Origin: Macrostomum lignano
Lineage: Eukaryota
DNA: 64,000 nucleotides
NCBI GenBank assembly: GCA_002269645.1
Contig: NIVC01000149.1
Coordinates: forward strand, 248,001-312,000
Direction: 5' to 3'
The translations under genes were made by a program, and so were the position numbers. How positions within the stretch are numbered: position 1 is the first letter of the stretch; each line of letters starts with the position of its first letter. The notes under the pieces were generated by a model. That model had not been told where the DNA came from. It saw only the letters and a program-made list of their open reading frames with translations, and searched no databases. Below are positions 1-12,021 of this stretch, piece after piece.

Positions 1-42
1 CAAGCCAGTCACTCCTGCATCAAGCCAGTCACTCCTGCATTA
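1..42. repeat. 20-bp tandem repeat (caagccagtcactcctgcat) x2 at the window edge, overlapping the GPCR stop codon
   Basis: Positions 1-20 and 21-40 are identical. The array probably continues beyond the window. Confidence 0.85.
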
Positions 43-2138
43 CTTCATTTGGCTCATTCAGAGGCTGCATCTCAACAGTCTTTCTATCGTCGCCTCCCGC
101 GCTGCCGCCGTTGCCGCCGACATGCGAGCCGGATCTTCGCTTCTGCATCAGCGAGCTGGCGTAGGCGCCAGGCCGCCGGCGCCTCTGACTTCTAGTCAGC
201 AGCTCCTCGGCTCGCCGAACTGGCGCCCTGTTCACCGACTCGCTGCTGATGCAGCCGCTAGAGAGGCAAACCACGGCGCCGGCGAAGGCCACCCGCTGGC
301 GGAAGGAGGCGACGCAGGCCAAGTAGACCCAGAAGCCGGCCGCAAAGCTGGCGTCCTGCACCGAGTCCAGCAGCTTGGTCAGCTGGGCCAGGTAGCGGCA
401 CCAGCAGCTGTCGCGCGGGTTGCAGACTCCGCAGTTGGCGCGCATCACTATGGCAACGCATAGCGGAGCGGCCAGCAGGCAGCTGGCCAGAGACAGGGCC
501 AGGTTGGCATAGTAACGGGACAGCTCGATGCGATGCGAGTCCTGTAGGCCGGAGCCCGGTGACGACGTCGGCGAGAGGAGCTCGCGGCGGCGACGGCGGG
601 CGCGGAGCAGCAGATAGAGCAGGGCAGCGCTGAGGGCCACCTGTGTGGCGACATGAGGAGCAGAAATTGATTTCACAGGTGATGTAGCAGACAGATACGA
701 TTGATTGATAAAGACACCTGTGATAAAGACACCTGGAATTTTCCAGGTGAAGCAGACAAATACGATTGATCGATAAAGACACCTGTGATAAAGACACCTG
801 GGATTTCCCATGTGAGGAGCAGACAGATACGATTGATCGATAAAGACACCTGTGATAAAGACACCTGGGATTTCCCATGTGAGGAGCAGACAGATACGAT
901 TGATCGATAAAGACACCTGTGATAAAGACACCTCGGATTTCCCATGTGAGGAGCAGACAGATACGATTGATCGATAAAGACACCTGTGATAAAGACACCT
1001 GGGATTTCCCAGGTGTAGCAGACAGATACGATTGATCGATAAAGACACCTGTGATAAAGACAACTGGGATTTCCCAGGTGATGTAGCAGACAGATACGAT
1101 CGATTGATAAAGACACCTGTGCACCTGGGATTTTCCAGGTGAGGAAGCAGACAGATACGATCGATCGATAAAGACACCTGTGCACCTGGGATTTTCCAGG
1201 TGATGGAGCAGACAGATACGATCGATGGATAAAGACACCTGTGCACCTGGATTTCCCAGGTGAGGAAGCAGACAGATACGATCGATGGATAAAGACACCT
1301 GTGCACCTGGACCTGGATTTTCCAGGTGATGAAACAGACAGATACGATCGATCGATAAAGACACCTGTGCACCTGGGATTTTCCAGGTGGGGAAGCCCAC
1401 GGACAATTTTCGGCATCTACATTAATATCTAGCAAGTAGGGGCCCTCTGACCTGCAGACCGAACGGGACCACAAAGATCCCAAAGCCTTTGTAGTAGATG
1501 GCAAAGTTGGCCAGCCTGTTCTCAGTTGTTGCATTGCAGGTCACGTGACAGGTGCGCCACAGGTGCAGCCCTGCCGACTGTCCCGCCGTTGATGCGCTGT
1601 CATTTTGTCGCGAGTGCCACTCCTCGGCGACATCGTAGACGACGGCAGCCGGCGCGTTGAGCGCCAGTCCGGCCACGCAGACGGCCAGCACGGCGCCGAC
1701 AGTTTCGCGGACGCAGCCGCGGGCGGCGAAGCGCAGCGGCCTCCAGACGCCCAGAAGCCTGTCGACAGTGAAGGCTAGAAGCAGATGGGCAGACACGAAT
1801 AGAAAGTAGTTCTGTAGGAACTCCAGCAGCTTGCAGCTGGCCACGCTGACCGTGTCAAGCTTCAGCACCGCCCGGCCGGTCGCGTGCATCAGTCCGCGAC
1901 CGAGGAAGTCGTCCAGCAGGCCGCTGACCAGCAGAACTCCGGCGTCTGACACGGCCAGCGCCGAGCAATAGATTCCGAATCTGTTCCAGCGGCTGAGCCG
2001 GGCTTCCAGCGTGAATATGATTAGCGTGGCTATGTTGCCAAGGATGCCAGTTACCACTATGATTGGCGTGAAGTAGGCGCGAGTGGCGCCCACAGCGAAG
2101 CGCAGGTCCGCCTCCAGTGGACAGGAACTATTAGACAT
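29..2138 (-). CDS. Orphan class-A (rhodopsin-like) GPCR, 2 exons, ~432 aa
   Basis: Exon 1 is 2138-1452 (ATG; ends CAG|gtcaga, phase 0). Exon 2 is 640-29 (cacag|GTG GCC ... TGA). Seven hydrophobic segments: TM1 'GILGNIATLIIF', TM2 'LAVSD', TM3 Cys plus 'FTVDRLLGVWRPL' (DRY-like), TM5 'FVVPFGLQVALS', TM6 'CLLAAP', TM7 'GFWVY'. Confidence 0.85.
670..1390. repeat. ~67-bp minisatellite filling the GPCR intron
   Basis: Unit gcagacagatacgattgatcgataaagacacctgtgataaagacacctgggatttcccatgtgagga, about 11 variant copies. Confidence 0.95.
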
Positions 2139-2859
2139 GTTCTCTGTGCTTTGATTCCACAGTCAGTCTACAGTAGATCGCGCTCGTCAGGCATGTTCGA
2201 GTGCAAAGATTTTGGTTAAATTTGTATTATCGATACAACCTGAATTAAAATAAGTTTCTAGAGTCGAGTAGTGTAGGTAATGTTAAGGTAAGAACGCTGC
2301 TGTTTAAGTTCAATTCAGGACTGCAGATCTCGTACTCAGTAAATTCTACCGTTAGTTTTTGAACTATTATTACTCGCATTAAAAGCCACGCGCACCTCCT
2401 GCTCGGCGTTTATAAATTGGAGCAAACGGGCTTGGGTGGAGTGGAGTGGAAACAAAGAAGGGCCGCCTCGCACCCTTTCTCTTCACTTCTCTCTCTCTGC
2501 ACAGCGCGCGCGCGTTCCAAATAGATAGCGCGGCCCACCTTGCCTTTAAAGTCTGGTAAAGCCCAAGCCCAACCCCCGCAGCTCTAACTTAGTCAACAAA
2601 CTGAATGTGCATAACCAGCCCGCCCGTGGTGTACGTTGAAATGTACAGTCACTCTAATGACGTTTAGATCCCCTTATTGGATGAGAGGGGAACTCTCATC
2701 CCCTCCTTATGAAAGTCGTTCTATTATATTTTGGTCTTTATCCGACGCGTTACCTATTCCTTTAATTTCGCATTCTCAAAGTTTGGAATTACCTGATTCA
2801 GATCAGATCCTCTTATTGAGTACTTTCAATTTCCAATTACATGTACATGTACAACGATT

Positions 2860-4067
2860 CATAGGCGTAGGAACGTTTCAAAATGTGGGGGGCAGGCGCA
2901 CGCCCCCCCCCCCCGTCGAGTTAGATTTTTTATTTTTTATATGAGAAATGCACATCATCATGTACCGATTCTAAAAATAATCGGTGTTGTCAGCTCAGCA
3001 CTCATTTTGGCGCCGCAGGCACTTGTTTTGGCGCCGCAGGCACTCGTTTTGGCGCCGCAGGCACTCGTTTTGGCGCCGCAGGTACTCATTTTGGCGCCGC
3101 AGGCACTCATTTTGGCGCCGCAGGCACTCATTTTAGCGCCGCAGGCACTCATTTTGGCGCCGCAGGCACTCATTTTGGCGCCGCAGGCACTCAGTTTGGC
3201 ACCGCAGGCACTCATTTTGGCGCTGCAGGCACTCATTTTGGCGCCGCAGGCACTCATTTTGGCGCCGCAGGCACTCATTTTGGCACCGCAGGCACTCATT
3301 TTGGCGCCGCAGGCACTCATTTTAACGCCGCAGGCACTCATTTTGGCGCCGCAGGCACTCATTTTGGCGCCGCAGGCACTCATTTTGGCGCCGCAGGCAC
3401 TCATTTTGGCGCCGCAGGCACTCATTTTAACGCCGCAGGCACTCATTTTGGCGCCGCAGGCACTCATTTTGGCGCCGCAGGCACTCATTTTGGCGCCGCA
3501 GGCACTCATTTTGGCGCCGCAGGCACTCATTTTGGCGCCGCAGACACTCATTTTGGCGCCGCAGGCACTCATTTTGGCGCCGCAGGCACTCATTTTGGCG
3601 CCGCAGGCACTCATTTTGGCGCTGCAGGCACTCATTTTGGCGCCGCAGGCACTCATTTTGGCGCCGCAGGCACTCATTTTGGCGCCGCAGGCACTCATTT
3701 TAACGCCGCAGGCACTCATTTTGGCGCCGCAGGCACTCATTTTGGCGCCGCAGCCACTCATTTTGGCGCCGCAGGCACTCATTTTGGCGCCGCAGGCACT
3801 CATTTTAACGCCGCAGGCACTCATTTTGGCGCCGCAGGCACTCATTTTGGCGCCGCAGGCACTCATTTTGGCGCCGCAGGCACTCATTTTGGCGCCGCAG
3901 GCACTCATTTTAACGCCGCAGGCGCTATGTTTTGTCATCCTGCAGCAAAATGCATTCATGCAAAGCAGAAAAAACCAGAAATAAGAGTAAAAAATAAGCA
4001 AAAGTCTACATTTTGCATTTAAAAAGCGGGGGCCATGCATGGCATCTCCCCCGTTTCTGCGCCTGTG
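2860..4067. mobile_element. Non-autonomous TIR element (MITE-like, possibly hAT) carrying a 21-bp satellite
   Basis: Left TIR cataggcgtaggaacg (2860-2875) matches the reverse complement of 4052-4067 (cacaggcgcagaaacg) at 13/16. Flanking direct repeat caacgat at 2852-2858 and 4069-4075. Confidence 0.75.
2995..3925. repeat. 21-bp minisatellite (caggcactcattttggcgccg), ~44 copies
   Basis: Highly homogeneous tandem array. It explains the ALILAPQ and ACGAKMS pseudo-ORFs. Confidence 0.97.
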
Positions 4068-4927
4068 TCAACGATGTAACATGTACGCAACACTTTAAGC
4101 GGTAACTTTTGCTGCTGTAAATTCTAATGTTTATTTACGGTTATTTACGGTTTCAAAATGTTTGGAAACACAAGCCCATGAATGTGTGAATCTGTGCATT
4201 TGATGTTAGCAATAGCATCGAATTTATTTAGTTTCAAAATGTACATTTCAGGGGTAGTTTTCAGTTTTCCACATGCACAACTGGAAGCTCAAAGGTTGTC
4301 AATAAGCGTCATTGACATGACTAAATATGCACTGTCGTCTGCATTTATTTAAATAAAAGCGAGTGGGTGACAAAATCGCTTTCGTTCGTTCGGTACAGCT
4401 ACATGTGAATACGGCCAAAGAAATAAATACTTATGTGCTAATCACGCAAGAACAGCGGTATTTAGCTACTGTTAGTAGCAAACGCAGCTATTTATGAATA
4501 TATTTATTTAGATAAATAAAATTTTCGCGATAAATAAAATTTTCGCAAATAAGGTAATCAATAGCAATATGGAATAAAAAACTTTTGGAGAGCAGGCAAT
4601 CGGATCACATTTATAGCATTTTATTTTAATAAACATTCAACTAATTATCTATTCTCAAATTGGAATTGCTGAAATTTCCAGGCTTACTGGGGGAATTGCT
4701 GAGATCTCAAGACTTACGGAGGGATGGGAGGTGGTCATCCCCCCCTCCAGAGGGGGGTTAGGAGGGTGGTCACCCGTGGGCAACAGCCCCCTCTGCCCCC
4801 GCCTGCGCCGCCACTGATGTCAAGGCTTACGGGGGAATTGCTAAGATGTCAAGGCTTACTGGGGCAATTGCTGGGTTGTCAAGGCCAAAGGGGGCACTAG
4901 ATTGCTGTTGGATTCTATAAAGCTCCA

Positions 4928-7900
4928 TTACTCGCCCACTGTGATATTGCCGCCATAGATGGCCAGCAGGAGGATGGCGCCGAAGCCCGTGAACAGGCCC
5001 AGATTCTGCAACAGGAAGATCTTCGCCCGGCCAATTTGCTTTGCCTGAGGCTCCTCCATCGCGCTGTTCACTTCCGGCATCTGTGTTAGAAAAAATGTAT
5101 AATTTAAGCACGAAAATAAAAAATCATTTTTTTTACCAGAATCGCCAGAAAAGAAACGACCCATTCTGCTACTCGCAAAAAGGAAAACCGCAACCAGCAA
5201 AGAATTTCCTATTAGAGATTTATGATTCTATCAGATACCGTAAAGACGCGGCATTTCTCGGGTTGTGCCGCAATCCAATTGGCCTGGCACTCGCTAGCCC
5301 AATCCAATTATAGAGTCCTCACCGGAGGTGATGTACTCATCTAAAAATAACCCTTCCTTTTCGTACTTTCCAATTCGCTTTTTGGCCCTCGGCCTTGGTT
5401 CAGGGGGTGTACCTGGAGTGAGTGTGATCTCTGGACTGCAGTGTGACTAAAACGGGACTTGAGCCCCCCGGTCGCACCCGCCCTGCAGGAAAGAATGACC
5501 ATTCACAAAGGTGTACGGTAGAGCCCAGTAGCATGCCAGCCCTGAGGCTGAGCCCCGGGTTTAGGGTTCAGGTGCTCCTCCTAATGCTTTTATCCCTTTG
5601 TGCTTTTATTAATGTAAGGCCTAATGCCGCTCCAAAAATCCGGAGTTATGAGCTCTGCCCTCCCCGCCAGGTCCATCTTGCTCTCCTCGGTCCATCTGCT
5701 GGCTCCTCTGGAAGTTCCCTGCCCTTGTGTCTCGGCTCTCATCCTGACAGTGGATTGGAGTCCTGGGGTTGATGTTCGTCCCGAATCGGGGATACCGGCT
5801 GAGTCCGGGTCCTCTTGCCCCTTGTGCCCCTTCCCGACCCCTTGGCCTGGCCTCCAATATAGAGCTGGGAAGGTGACACCCTTGGGCTCGCAGCCCTATA
5901 GGTAGACGGTCTTCCTGCCTGATAGGAGACTCGCCCTCGGATACAAGCCTCCCAGACTCACTCCAAAATTAAGCCATTTCGTAGACTTCGGGGTTTCCCC
6001 GCTCTCGGACCGCTTTCAGTAGTATTTCAAACATTTTCCAATTCTTTTTTCGCGCACTACCGGGACTTGTCTGCTGGGTGGTGGCTTGGGTGGACTCGGT
6101 CTTAGCACCCTCCCTGATTCCACTTTTGGGTTGGCGGTGTCTTAGTTCATAGGTTTGGGTTAGTAGCTTCCCCTGGCCTCGTCGTCAGGGTCCAACCCGG
6201 GCTTGCTCGGGCTATATGCCCCTGGTAGATGTTCCCCCCCCCACAGCGGCAGAGCCCCTCTCAGGGCTGATCAGCGGGTTGCCCCCGGCTTCCCACCCCG
6301 TTTAACAACAACAATTTCCTATAAGAGATTTTCAAACAATCCCAACCTGTCAAAGAATCCTCACATGTCAAATAATCCAAACTTGTCAGAGATCCCAACC
6401 TGTTAGAGATCCCAACCTGTCAAAGAATCCTCACATGTCAAATAATCCAAACTTGTCAGAGATCCCAACCTGTTAGAGATCCCAACCTGTCAGAAATCCC
6501 AACCTGTCAGAGATCCCAACCTGCCTGACATCCCAACTTGTCAGAGATCCCAACCTGTTAGAGATCCCAACCTGTCAGAAACCCCAACCTGTCAGAGATT
6601 TCAACCTGCCTGACATCCCAACCTGTCAGAGATCCCAATCTGTTAGAGATCCCAACCTGCCTGACCCAACCTGCCTGACAGAGATCCCAATCTATCCAAT
6701 GATCCCTACCTGTCGGACACCAGAACCCGTCAGAGATCCCAACGCAGCTCACCATGTCCACCAGGCTGATGTACAAGAACATGCCGCTGGCGACGGCGAA
6801 GATCCACACGCTGGCGCCGGTCTCTCCCAGCCAGACGCCCAGCGCAAAGCCCAGGTAGCAGGTGCAGGCGGACAAGAAGTTGCACAGCAGCGCCATCGGC
6901 ATAGACATCCCGGCTGACAGCAGGATGGCGAAGTCGCCGAGCTCGTGCGGCAGCTCCTCGCACAGCACCGCCAGGCAGATGCTGACGCCGCTCAGAGTCG
7001 ACCGGGTGAAGGCCGCCCCGATGCTCAGGCCGTCGATGAAGTTGTGCAGCGCGTCGCCGAGCAGAATCATCCAGGCCACCGGCTGCACCTTTGCCAGCCA
7101 GGTGGACACGTCCCTGTTGCTATTAACCATGTCGGTCTGGCTGTAGCAGGCGTCGCCGTTTTCGATTGCTTCTATCGGCAGCACGATGGCAGCTCCGTTC
7201 GCCGCGAGCTCCCCAGTCGGCGAGGAAGGCGCTTTGCTTCTATCCTGATCGGCCGACTCTTGTGGAGTGAAGCAAATCTCGGCCGTTTTGAAGTTGGCCA
7301 GGCTGGACGAGTCACCGGTGGGTGCCGCCGCTGGCAGTGAGTGCGAGCGCCCATGCCCGATGCCGCCGCTCTGCTCGGGTTTTTGAACGTTGAGGAACTC
7401 CATGGTATCTATGATTTCTGTGGTGCACGAACTATGCTATGTGTTGCATGTGAGCATGATTTGTAAGGAGCTGGTTCAACGCTTTGGACAACATCGTCCC
7501 ACGCCTGGTGAGGCAATCCTGGTACCCACTCCATCGCCTCGCTCCGCCGCCAGCCCAGAACCGCTGCAACGCGTACTTAGGCACGTACGAGCTGCTTCTT
7601 TAAACTCATCAACTGTGCTTTCGGGGTAGCCTTTGTGGACGTTATCGAAATTCAAAAAGTTCCTGCATGGACTTCAAAAACAATACGTACCTTCTTTCTG
7701 ATGAGCTCCTTAAGCATTCTTTCAATGATGAAGAACATGTAGATACCACCAAACACCGCGCAACAGCGCCACAAGTACCACGGATGCTGCGAGAGGAAAT
7801 CCTTCCATGCTGTGTGCCCAGAATTCTCAGCGTGAAACAGATGGAGCTGACGGTCGTCATCGATTAGGCTGGAGTTTGCTTTGTTTACTTCCTCGTGCAT

Positions 7901-9836
7901 GAAAGCCAGCTGCAGGCACTGCGGATGTTGAAATTAGCGTGAGAGAATCGTCTTGAGACGTATCAAAAAATGCGAGGGAAGAGGATGCAATACACAGGAC
8001 AACAGCAGGAAAAATACTAAAGTCTAATAAGGAATCAGCATCTCTCTGTGCGTTGGTCTCTGAATTGAAAAGCTGACCCGACACAGGCATTCATCTCATC
8101 GCCATTCCCATCCAAGGCTCAGTGCCACAGAATTGCGTCGTCATGTTTAACTAGAGAAAAAGTAAAAAAGTAAAAACGCTCACGGAATTTTCTTCATTCA
8201 AAGTGCCTTAAGTAACTTGACAAACATTTCATTATTTTTTATTTGAACAGTCTCCCCCGACACTGAAACAATGTGAAGCTACAGTCAGGCTCAAGCAATT
8301 CAAGCTAACGTCTTACCGAAAAGTGAGTTTTTTTAGAGACAAAATCTCTCCAAGTATTGTGACAGGAAAATTCGCCGCTATCATAATGAAAGCTGTGTTT
8401 ACTCTGGGCATTCAATTTGGAGACAATGCTAAATTCCTTATTCATAGTGGGAGCCTTGAGTCTATTGACTCTTCTTACCTGGGCCAATATTGTATAGTCT
8501 GAGAGATGCAAGTTTATAAAAATGGATTCAGAAATATTCAACGTACTTGGCCCTTTCAATGCAACAGAACGGTTCGAACGGCAGATGGAAACTGGAAAAC
8601 TGAAAAACTTTGTGACACGATAGAGATGATGCAATACAACAGTATCTTTCTTGCGAAACAGTTGGTGCGCTAAATTCAGCATAGATTGGAACTAACCACT
8701 TTCATTCAATATTTTTTGAACCCCTGCCACCTTTAAGAACACGGAACTGTTTTCCCGCCGGTGCATATAGCATGCAGAATCTGTTGGCTATTATTTTATC
8801 CCTGTCTTGAAGTGGCTCAATCACAGAAGCTGAATAAACGAGTCAAAGATACCTTGGCGTTGTGACAATTAAGGGTGTCAAAGTTAAGGTGAATACTACG
8901 CACAACAGATACTTCAGTTGCGACCTCCGCAGTTTATGGAGCTTCAAAAATCAGAAATTAACATTTTTTTCTCATACTAACGCCACTGTAATCCACTTTT
9001 GCACTTTTTACAACAAGCGGCAAAATCCACTACAGATTTTTAATTTTTAACAGGCAGCGCTGCATAAATGGATGCTGCATAGTCTCGATCTTCACCAGAA
9101 TCTTCATCAAATAAATCTCTCCTACCAGCATTCTATACACATCCGGCCTCCATCCCCGATTTCCATTTGCAACTCACATCCGGCAGCAGGATGAGCAGGG
9201 CGGTGGCCACGAGAGATCCCACAGCCAGGGAGACCATGAACGTCATGAGCAATTTGAAGAACCGCCGGCCCATGAAGGGCAGGAAGATGATGCCCAGAAC
9301 TGCGCAGAGGTTGATGAGCGTCACAAACAGCAGGCCGTAGCCCCACACTGTGGGTGGTTTGATGAATTTGCTTGTTGATTGGCTTGTGGTTGACTGAGTA
9401 ATGCACTATTCACCATCAATTACCGTGTAATGGATTCTGAGCAGTGTGGCCGCCCCCGTGCTCACTATTGTCAGCTGCCACCAGCTGTTGAATATAGCAG
9501 TCCGGAGTTTGAACTCCGCCTAGCAGAGTTGACACCAGGTGAGTGGCGTTGTCCCGCGTCCAGGTGAGGGACTCAATGCTCTGAGACTGGCTGGGACACT
9601 GCACTCGTCAGTGACATGGGAAAAGTTTGCACGAATGATCTTAAGTCTCACCTCACTCATTTTTTCTAATCATTTACCTCCATGACCGACGTTACTCTAC
9701 TGAGCAAATTGGAGTTCATGCTGATTGACGCCAGAAATTCAGTCACATTATGGCCATATACAATGCCATTGCGGCCGTAGAGGCTGATAAACTGTCCTGC
9801 CAGGGTCGAGATAGACTCGCCGGAATCGACCGCTGC
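4928..9836 (-). CDS. ZIP (SLC39A) metal transporter, LIV-1 subfamily, ZIP8/ZIP14-like, copy A
   Basis: Exons: ~9836/9832-9678 ([13 protein letters not shown]), 9598-9424, 9347-9178 ([15 protein letters not shown]), 7909-7691, ~7417-6753 ([21 protein letters not shown]), 5080-4928 (stop). The first exon and the loop exon(s) in 7418-7690 are unresolved. Confidence 0.9.
5222..6312 (+). mobile_element. ~1.09-kb retroposon-like insertion with an (AAC)n tail in the last intron of ZIP copy A
   Basis: Flanked by aatttcctat(t/a)agagattt at 5203-5221 and 6313-6331 (18/19 match). Ends ...ccccgtttaacaacaac. No recognisable RT ORF. Confidence 0.7.
6335..6740. repeat. 17-bp minisatellite (agagatcccaacctgtc family) in ZIP A intron; same family as 19620-20420 in ZIP B
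   Basis: Reverse complement of the ggttgggatctctgaca unit in the equivalent intron of copy B. Confidence 0.9.
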
Positions 9837-11639
9837 CTGAGAGTTTTGTACAGTGGATACTTAAAGTATCAAGGCCAGTTTAAAGCAGTGTATTATTTTT
9901 CGAGTGTATTCACAATTAAAGTTCGAAACCACGTCCAAAAATTAAATACATGTAAGCATGTAAGTATAATTCTGTTGCATGCTATTATCGATCCCGTACA
10001 GCAATCCGACGTCGGTGACGTCGCTAGACGCTCCCGACGTCTACGAAAAATATGTACTTTTAAATTACATCGACGGTGTAGCGTGTGACGTCGTTATCCG
10101 CCGATGTAATCTAAAAGTTACTTTTTTGACGTTGGATTGCTGCAGGCGGGTATGCTATACTAGATTAAGTGATTATACGTAGTTGCTTTCTTCGTGACAA
10201 GTCTTTCAATAACTTATTGCATTTCATTCGAAAATTCACAGCATTCATACATTAAATTGAGAGCTTTTTACTTATTAAGGGACTTGATTTAGTTTACAAA
10301 CAAATTACACGTTTTAGAAAGTTTATCCATGACGCCATACTTGGCAAACATTAATGTACGTGTGTGTACACATCTTTAAGCCAAGGCCATTGCAGGAGTA
10401 TGCTTCGCCTAGGTTGAATTAGAAGCATGTTATTTAATGATCTTACCATTTCTGAAGTTAGATACACTGAACGTATAATTCGCAAGGTAAATTAGAGTAT
10501 ATTCCAATGAGGGAACAATAAATTTGAAATTTGGGTTTGTTTTATTTCGAAGCACTAAAATTTAATGAAACAAAGGAATTTAATCTTAAAGACATCGAAC
10601 GAAGTTAGTGATAGTAAAATATATTTTTAGACGCTCTATTTCAAATTCTTGCAGTATATGCATTCAAGAAAAAACGATCATTGTTCCTCAAAAACGTACA
10701 CGTAGCTACATGACGCAACAGTGTATGTACAATATTAAAACTGTAACTTTGCACTGTCGGCTATTATTTATTGCTAGTAATTTAGAGACCTTAATTTATT
10801 TCCAGTAGGAAGGAAATTAGAAGGTAATGCTACTGGTTATGAAGTTTAATGATAGACTATACAAAATGCATGCTGTATATTTTCACCTTCGTCCTTCAAG
10901 GTCAAAGTAAACTTGTGGTTTAATCTTTTACAGAATAAATTTTAACACATGTAATCAATACTGTAACGCGAAAGCTAAAGAAATATGAAAAAAACAAAAA
11001 ATCGGTTAAAAAGTGACGTCTGTATTTTGTTTTAATATTTCATATGCGTCCACCACATTCAACGGCGAATTTAATTTGTAAGTAAGAACGTAAACATTAT
11101 TATTAAGTAAACATATTATTCGTGTTTTTCGTATTTATTCAGATTACAATATTTGTTGGTATTAATATTACTGACTGAAATCATACTGTTGCTTCCTGCA
11201 TTAGTTGAATTGAATGTTTTTAGTATAGAAGAGTAGCTCCAGCAGTAATAGTTTAAAGAGGCACTTCACTCAGCACATCACGCTACGCCCACGTGGTGTA
11301 GACCTAGGCGTGGGTGTGTCACTGCGTGTGGAGTATCATACTTGTATAAGTACAAGACAATCAGATAAATGGTATGGGCTTAACTAGGGTAAAATCATTA
11401 AAATTATATAAATTTAGGAGTGACGAAAGGGATAATGGTTAGGCCTATTCCAGCAAACATGACTTTTATTTTAAAAAATCATGATGAAATCATAAAATTC
11501 AACTGCACCACATTAAATTAGCTTTTTTTATGCTCCTTGTTTAAACAATTTTTCTTTGCAATGTTAATTCCATTTTTAAAAGGAATAAAATCAAAAAACA
11601 TAATTTATTTATCAACATATTGCATTACCAATGCCCTAT

Positions 11640-11860
11640 CTACATTTACTGGTCTTATGCTCAAATTTAATGCAATTTGCCCATGCCAATGGAAGGCTAG
11701 TCTCGTCTGCTGCATGATGCACAGAGCATTCAATATCTATAGTACCTGGCAATCTTTCTACCCAGAAGTGGTTAATCTTATTAACATTTTTCAATGGAAT
11801 GATTTCCCTAAGGGTTTTGATAGTAAAGTGCTAAACAGATTTCTAATTAGGAAAATGACC
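11640..11860 (+). mobile_element. Degenerate Penelope-like element remnant (post-RT thumb/linker region)
   Basis: Translation STFTGLMLKFNAICPCQWKASLVCCMMHRAFNIYSTWQSFYPEVVNLINIFQWNDFPKGFDSKVLNRFL fits the recalled PLE pattern T.TG....F.S..P...K..L+..L+HRA..I.S....F..E+..L..IF..N.YP..F+...+..FL. Confidence 0.7.
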
Positions 11861-11969
11861 TCCACTGAGTCTAGTTTGGTAGGTTATTTAGGTAAATCTA
11901 GTTTTTTAGTTTATTCAGCTCAAGTAAATCTAGTTTACAGTTTAGTTTTCTAGGTTTAATGTTGGTATC

Positions 11970-11985
11970 TTTCTCTCTCTCTCTC

Positions 11986-12021
<36 letters not shown>

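Noticed and set aside
673-1534. Long minus-strand ORFs through the GPCR intron
   Set aside because: They are repeat-derived. Only 640-29 and 2138-1452 give a coherent 7TM protein.
2941-4040. 347-aa and 360-aa ORFs (ALILAPQ / ACGAKMS repeats)
   Set aside because: Stop-free translations of a 21-bp satellite on both strands, inside a TIR element; no splice or homology support.
8305-8682. 125-aa minus-strand ORF inside a ZIP A intron
   Set aside because: AT-rich with no recognisable motif; possibly decayed TE, but unsupported.
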